Part shown: piece by piece, positions 59,310 to 64,000 of the stretch | How positions within the stretch are numbered: position 1 is the stretch's first letter | Layout: each line of letters begins with the position of its first letter | From: Bdellovibrionales bacterium | GTDB lineage: Bacteria; Bdellovibrionota; Bdellovibrionia; Bdellovibrionales; JAMPXM01 | DNA length: 64,000 nucleotides | NCBI GenBank assembly: GCA_043739185.1 | Contig: JAYUEN010000332.1 | Location: forward strand, 1 to 64,000 | Direction: 5' to 3' | Notes under the pieces: generated by a model | Database searches by the model: none | What the model saw: only the letters and a program-made list of their open reading frames with translations | Told to the model about the DNA's origin: nothing | Translations under genes and position numbers: made by a program

Positions 59310-59833
59310 AAGAGATAGCCACCATAAAACCCCACTGAATAAGTGGGGTTTGGCGCAGCGATCTGCGATGTCAATGCTCTGAACTCAACTTCAAATCTAA
59401 AGCCTTCATATTGCAAAGCGACCCCGGTCGCCCCCGCCAAAGCCAAATAAGTGCGCGATGTGTCCTCCTGAGTACTCGTCATAAAATCTGTTTGAATGTG
59501 AGCCAATTGAAGCCCCGGCGCAAACTGAACATAATACTGAAAAACATTCTCACTATTGAAACTATGTCTTCCCCAAAGTAAAAACTCAAACTGGGTTCGG
59601 GTTATTTGAAGCTGTGAAATCGAATCGCTTACTTTAAATTGATTGAACTCGGCGATCATGGCGTTTGAAAACTCTTGGTAGCCAACTCTCATTGCCAATG
59701 GTGTTCGATTTGCATATTGAGTCGCATAAGCTTCGCGCTCAAATACATTGTTTGCCCCTAAGGCTGCAATGACTTCTGCACGTGCATTCAGGGTCACTAA
59801 GCAAATGATGAGAGCCACCACATTATTTTTCAT
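59306..59833 (-). CDS. Small putative outer-membrane beta-barrel protein
   Basis: Signal peptide (..NARA); amphipathic strands; C-terminal GYLF. Confidence 0.6.
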   Translation of the reverse strand: MKNNVVALIICLVTLNARAEVIAALGANNVFEREAYATQYANRTPLAMRVGYQEFSNAMIAEFNQFKVSDSISQLQITRTQFEFLLWGRHSFNSENVFQYYVQFAPGLQLAHIQTDFMTSTQEDTSRTYLALAGATGVALQYEGFRFEVEFRALTSQIAAPNPTYSVGFYGGYLF

Positions 59834-61043
59834 TGCAAGTCTCCTGAGCTAGAGGTGCAATTGAACGAAAGCTTTTACAAAACTCAAATTCCTTTGCTTT
59901 CGGCGCATCTGAAAAGTCTTGAATACTCTTAGTAAAAATCTTTACAAAAACTTCGGGGGCCAGATACTCAGTATCCAATTTGACTTTTAGTAAATTTTTA
60001 AATTCGGGTAGCGCAAGTACCAAAAGGTGAGCGAGTTTGGCACGCGTGGCTTCGCTTATTTGGTTGTCAAATAAGCTGCGTGAAAGATTTCGAAAGTAAA
60101 CCGCATATTGAGAGCCAAGCGCGTAAGCTCGGGCAAGTCGAATTTGATCATCGGCATCGCTACTCAAAACCAATTTCAGAAACTCCAAATTATAGAACTG
60201 AATATTGACTCGATCCATTCGACGAGCTTCAAGCGAACTCGAAAGCGAGCGTCCGACGAAACTTTCATCACCTGAATAAAGCCAGCCCCAATAGTCCGCA
60301 AGTCCTTCATTGATTCCGCGCAAAACAAATCGATTGTATTGTGCAACTGAAATGAGAGGCTTTGCTTTTGGCAATACCAGTGGTGATGAATCGACCAATG
60401 GAGGCAGCTGATTTGGCTCCTCTAATTTAGCCGACAAATATGTCTTAGAAACTTGAAATTCAGATAAAACAATTTTTTGAAATATAGAATGAAAATGTTC
60501 GTGGGCAATGACCCCCGCATTGAATACTATTGGGAGATCGACATCGGTATAAGGCACAAATAAAAGTGCATCGACACTAGGATTATACTGGGCATTGTTT
60601 TCAACTACACGATTTTCTGAATTCGTCAGTCCAACGTTGATACCAACTGCTTGGCGAACTGGCAAAAACAGCGCAGCCCCTGATTTAAGATCTAAATTGT
60701 GAAGCCTTTCAAGATGGGCGTAAATACTAACTGCCTGCAGACTTGCTGTATCCAGCGCAAGATAAGAACCGCTTGATGTCGATACAAATCTTCCAGATGG
60801 GGTACCTGGCTGTGCTATTCGGCCGAGATCAAATCGCAACTCGGGTTGGATGAAAAACTCAGCCAAATCTCCACGTAAAAATTCCGGCTCTGAAAAGCTC
60901 TCAACGGCGATATCTTGAAGTAAATACTCATGATTCGAATTCGGCCACGGAATCCGAAAGAGTTTGGCCGAATCTGCTCCACTCTTAATACAAGCACTCC
61001 CAAGCAGAGGGACCAGCAAAATGAATAAAACCCTACGATACAA
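59823..61043 (-). CDS. Lipoprotein, gluzincin-type zinc metalloprotease candidate
   Basis: Lipobox GSAC; NNAQY; HEHFH (HExxH); downstream NEGLAD. Confidence 0.75.
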   Translation of the reverse strand: MYRRVLFILLVPLLGSACIKSGADSAKLFRIPWPNSNHEYLLQDIAVESFSEPEFLRGDLAEFFIQPELRFDLGRIAQPGTPSGRFVSTSSGSYLALDTASLQAVSIYAHLERLHNLDLKSGAALFLPVRQAVGINVGLTNSENRVVENNAQYNPSVDALLFVPYTDVDLPIVFNAGVIAHEHFHSIFQKIVLSEFQVSKTYLSAKLEEPNQLPPLVDSSPLVLPKAKPLISVAQYNRFVLRGINEGLADYWGWLYSGDESFVGRSLSSSLEARRMDRVNIQFYNLEFLKLVLSSDADDQIRLARAYALGSQYAVYFRNLSRSLFDNQISEATRAKLAHLLVLALPEFKNLLKVKLDTEYLAPEVFVKIFTKSIQDFSDAPKAKEFEFCKSFRSIAPLAQETCNEK

Positions 61044-61226
61044 GTGGCGCCCCTTGATTTAAATAATTCTCACGTGGGGAAATCTTAGCAAGAATTAGGC
61101 TCAATTTTGCGTGAATTCTCCTTCACAAAGGAGCTTTCGATTTGTATAAGAACTACTGAAATTTGACTTATAACGAACTGAGCGCGAGCTGAGGCTTGGT
61201 CCCTCAAATCCACAGAGAAAGTTGCA

Positions 61227-63518
61227 ATGAGCTCACTTGAAAATCTTGCAAGTACATTGAATAAAAAACAGTTTGAAGCGATGCAAGCTTTAGAGGGGCC
61301 CCTACTCATTTTGGCGGGCGCAGGTAGCGGAAAGACCCGTGTTCTAACCTATCGCACTGCCAATCTGGTTGCTCAGGGCCTTGCGACTCCGCAAGAAATT
61401 TTAGCGGTAACCTTTACGAATAAAGCTGCACGTGAAATGGAAGCCCGAATTCTAGCTCTCCTAGCAGAACTCGAGATTCCGGTTTATGACCGCATGTGGA
61501 TTTCAACATTTCATTCGATCTGCGCGCGTATTCTTCGGAGCCATATCGAATTACTCGGTTACCAAAGTACTTTTACGATTTACGACCAAACTGATCAACT
61601 CTCAATGGTGAAACAAGTTTGCACCCGGCTTCAGCTCGATGAAAAAGTTTTTCCTGCTAAGAATTTTCAAGCTCGCATCAACCATGCCAAAACGCTTGCT
61701 GTGACCCCAGACGAATTGCAATATTCGCAAAAGAAAAATTCATTGAGCTTTGATGAGCAGTCGACTGAGGTCTATACCGAATACGAAAAGCAGATGAAAC
61801 AAGCAAACGCAGTCGACTTTCAAGATTTGCTTTTAAAAGTCTATCAGCTATTTCAAACTCATCCTGGGGTGTTAGAGGCTTACCAAGAACGTTTTCGTTT
61901 TTTAATGGTCGACGAATATCAAGATACCAATCACATTCAATATCTGCTGGTCAAAGCCCTCGCAAACAAGACAAGAAATTTGTGTGTCGTCGGAGATGAG
62001 GACCAAAGTATTTATTCTTGGCGCGGGGCAGACATTCAAAATATTTTAGATTTTGAAAAAGACTTTCCGGAGGCCGTCGTAATCAAGCTCGAGCAAAACT
62101 ATCGCTCAACCAAAACCATTGTCGGAGCTGCAACCAAAGTGGTTGCTTACAATAGCGAGCGCAAAGAAAAAGAACTTTTTACTGAAAATGCCGACGGCGA
62201 TTTGATCACCGTTCGTGAAGAACAAGACGAGTATGAAGAAGCCCGGTACGTGGTCCGGCAAATTCAAAAGATCTTAAGCGAAAGCGAAATGTCGAGAAGT
62301 GATATTGCGATATTTTATCGAACCAATGCCCAGTCGCGTGTTTTAGAGGAGCAATTGCGAAGCAATTCACTCGCCTATAAAATTGTCGGTGGCATGAAGT
62401 TCTATGATCGCCTCGAAATCAAAGATGTACTCGGTTATATGAAGTTGGTACTGAATCCAACTGACGATATTGCATTTAAGCGCGTGATCAATGTGCCGGC
62501 TCGAGGAATCGGGAAAACCACAATCGAGAAATTAGAAGATCTCGGACAAAAGCATGGGGTCAGCCTTATTCAAGCCGCGTCTTATGCCGTCGACCAACGA
62601 GAATTCAACGCCGGCACGACTAGCAAAATCCGCAGGTTTTTAGAGCTTATGCAGATTCTGCGCGAAAAAGCACAAGCACTTTCTCTAGATGACTTCTATT
62701 CAGAGCTGCTCACCCAGACTGAGTATACTGTAAAGCTGAAGCTTGAAGATTCGCCAGAAGCGGATTCTCGTCTCGAAAACCTAGAGGAACTTGCAAATGC
62801 CATTTCGAAATTTGTTGAAGAACGACGAGATGAAGCCAATCTTCAAAGCTTTTTAGAAGAAATGGCATTGATTAGCGACGTTGATTCAATGAACGACAAC
62901 GAAAATACGATCACGATGATGACTCTGCATATTTCAAAAGGACTTGAATATCCCGTGGTTTTTATCGTGGGTCTCGAAGAAGGACTTTTCCCAAGCGGCC
63001 AATCGATAAATGATGAGAGCGAAAGCCGTTTAGAAGAAGAGCGGCGCCTTATGTATGTGGGCATGACTCGCGCAGAAAAAAAATTGACTCTTAGCTATGC
63101 GCGCGCCCGAAAAGTTTGGGGGTCTGAACAGAATAATCCACCCAGCCGTTTTTTAAAAGAAATCCCACCAGAATTTGTTGAAACTCAGACATCACAACAA
63201 TCCTCTCGCTTCATGCAAAAGTATGCCGAGCATTCGCGCGGAGGCTCAGGCGAGTTTCGCAGCTCGAATTCGGCGCCACGAAACTCCCGAAAAACTGAAA
63301 CCTCTCACCCAAGCTATGAAGACTTTTCAGATGAAAGCTTTGATGATAGTGGTGACGATTTATATAAAAAAGGCATGCGAATTCGCCATCCAACCTTTGG
63401 AGTGGGGACCATTTTTAAAACCGACGGCTCAGGTGAATCGATGGATGTTAGTGTGGTTTTTGCTGATAATTCAGTTAAAAAATTTCGCGCTAAATATGCC
63501 CGACTTGAGAGAGTCTAG
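61227..63518 (+). CDS. uvrD: ATP-dependent DNA helicase UvrD/PcrA
   Basis: AGAGSGKT, TFTNKAA, VDEYQD, VGDEDQSIY, NYRS, KGLE, EERRL.YV..TRA; C-terminal H..FG.G Tudor-like domain. Confidence 0.95.
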   Translation: MSSLENLASTLNKKQFEAMQALEGPLLILAGAGSGKTRVLTYRTANLVAQGLATPQEILAVTFTNKAAREMEARILALLAELEIPVYDRMWISTFHSICARILRSHIELLGYQSTFTIYDQTDQLSMVKQVCTRLQLDEKVFPAKNFQARINHAKTLAVTPDELQYSQKKNSLSFDEQSTEVYTEYEKQMKQANAVDFQDLLLKVYQLFQTHPGVLEAYQERFRFLMVDEYQDTNHIQYLLVKALANKTRNLCVVGDEDQSIYSWRGADIQNILDFEKDFPEAVVIKLEQNYRSTKTIVGAATKVVAYNSERKEKELFTENADGDLITVREEQDEYEEARYVVRQIQKILSESEMSRSDIAIFYRTNAQSRVLEEQLRSNSLAYKIVGGMKFYDRLEIKDVLGYMKLVLNPTDDIAFKRVINVPARGIGKTTIEKLEDLGQKHGVSLIQAASYAVDQREFNAGTTSKIRRFLELMQILREKAQALSLDDFYSELLTQTEYTVKLKLEDSPEADSRLENLEELANAISKFVEERRDEANLQSFLEEMALISDVDSMNDNENTITMMTLHISKGLEYPVVFIVGLEEGLFPSGQSINDESESRLEEERRLMYVGMTRAEKKLTLSYARARKVWGSEQNNPPSRFLKEIPPEFVETQTSQQSSRFMQKYAEHSRGGSGEFRSSNSAPRNSRKTETSHPSYEDFSDESFDDSGDDLYKKGMRIRHPTFGVGTIFKTDGSGESMDVSVVFADNSVKKFRAKYARLERV

Positions 63519-64000
63519 GCCGAGCTTTTGAAGTAAGTTCGTTTTTTGTATGGAATGAGACCTAAGGCTTCGAGCCCATTTTGAATAACGTAAGCTTTAA
63601 CGGTAAAAAAATCTTTACCCCACCTCACTAATCTAGAATAAATTCTTGTCTGCCAAAATTTATTTTCTTTGTTTCGCTTTTTTGATGACATTAGCTCTCG
63701 ACGCTTCATTTCATCAGCTGAAAGTGGTGCAAACTTTAGAATTTCTTGCGCTATGTGGCCGGCGACTATGCGAAAGAAATTCTGTATCTGCTCTCTTTTT
63801 TTACCTTTTACCAGTAGGTGTATGTGGTTTCCGACAATTGCCTTCTGATAAACTCTTATTGCAAATTTGTTTGCCGATCTCTGAATTATTTTTTCAATCC
63901 TGGGACGATGCTTAAGTAACGAACGCTTTCCGTAGGCGAAGTCTGATCTTAAAACGAGATGAAGAGGACTATCTGTTGAAAGTGGCCTCTTGGACTTTCT
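63515..64000 (-). mobile_element. HUH (Y1) tyrosine transposase, IS200/RAYT-like, partial; 5' end outside the window
   Basis: Open frame from 64000: RKSKRPLSTDSPLHLVLRS...VGNHIHLLV...KFWQTRIYSRLV...KAYVIQN. HUH (HIH) at 63818-63826, FW, and a YxxxN-like catalytic Tyr. The ORF track shows only the last 64 aa. Confidence 0.8.

Noticed and set aside
63646..63915. 89-aa plus-strand ORF
   Set aside because: Antisense to the motif-bearing HUH transposase frame

Overview
A gene-dense bacterial chromosomal window, most consistent with a Bdellovibrionota-like predatory bacterium. This is inferred from the Glt-type gliding genes, the GYF-PilZ protein, the split nuo operon and the many secreted hydrolases and lipoproteins. 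Left to right it carries: partial topA; a HAD phosphatase-GT4 pair; a 114-bp palindrome; a single 1298-aa ORF fusing DNA topoisomerase III to a complete RecQ helicase (with HRDC); tex-infA; lpxD-OMP-metG; cdd; an rlmL-like methyltransferase; recO; ugd-uxs; the peripheral-arm complex I genes (nuoB-CD-E-F-G-I); an S8 protease; a gliding-like TPR/OMP cluster; the flagellar fliL-M-N-O-P-Q-R-flhB-A-F-G-fliA cluster; suhB; a SPOR protein; uvrD/pcrA; and a partial HUH (Y1/RAYT-like) transposase whose N-terminal part the ORF track misses. The strongest leads are the TopoIII-RecQ fusion, a possible RAYT/REPIN-like system (transposase plus intergenic hairpin elements), and a histone-H1-like/acidic/Tudor-like protein next to tex-infA. 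Also notable are a degenerate desulfurase-like gene coupled to nuoI, and a sigma28-like-driven GYF-PilZ gene leading into a gliding module that lacks motor genes. All family calls come from motif recognition by eye; no database searches were run. I found no rRNA, tRNA or CRISPR array.
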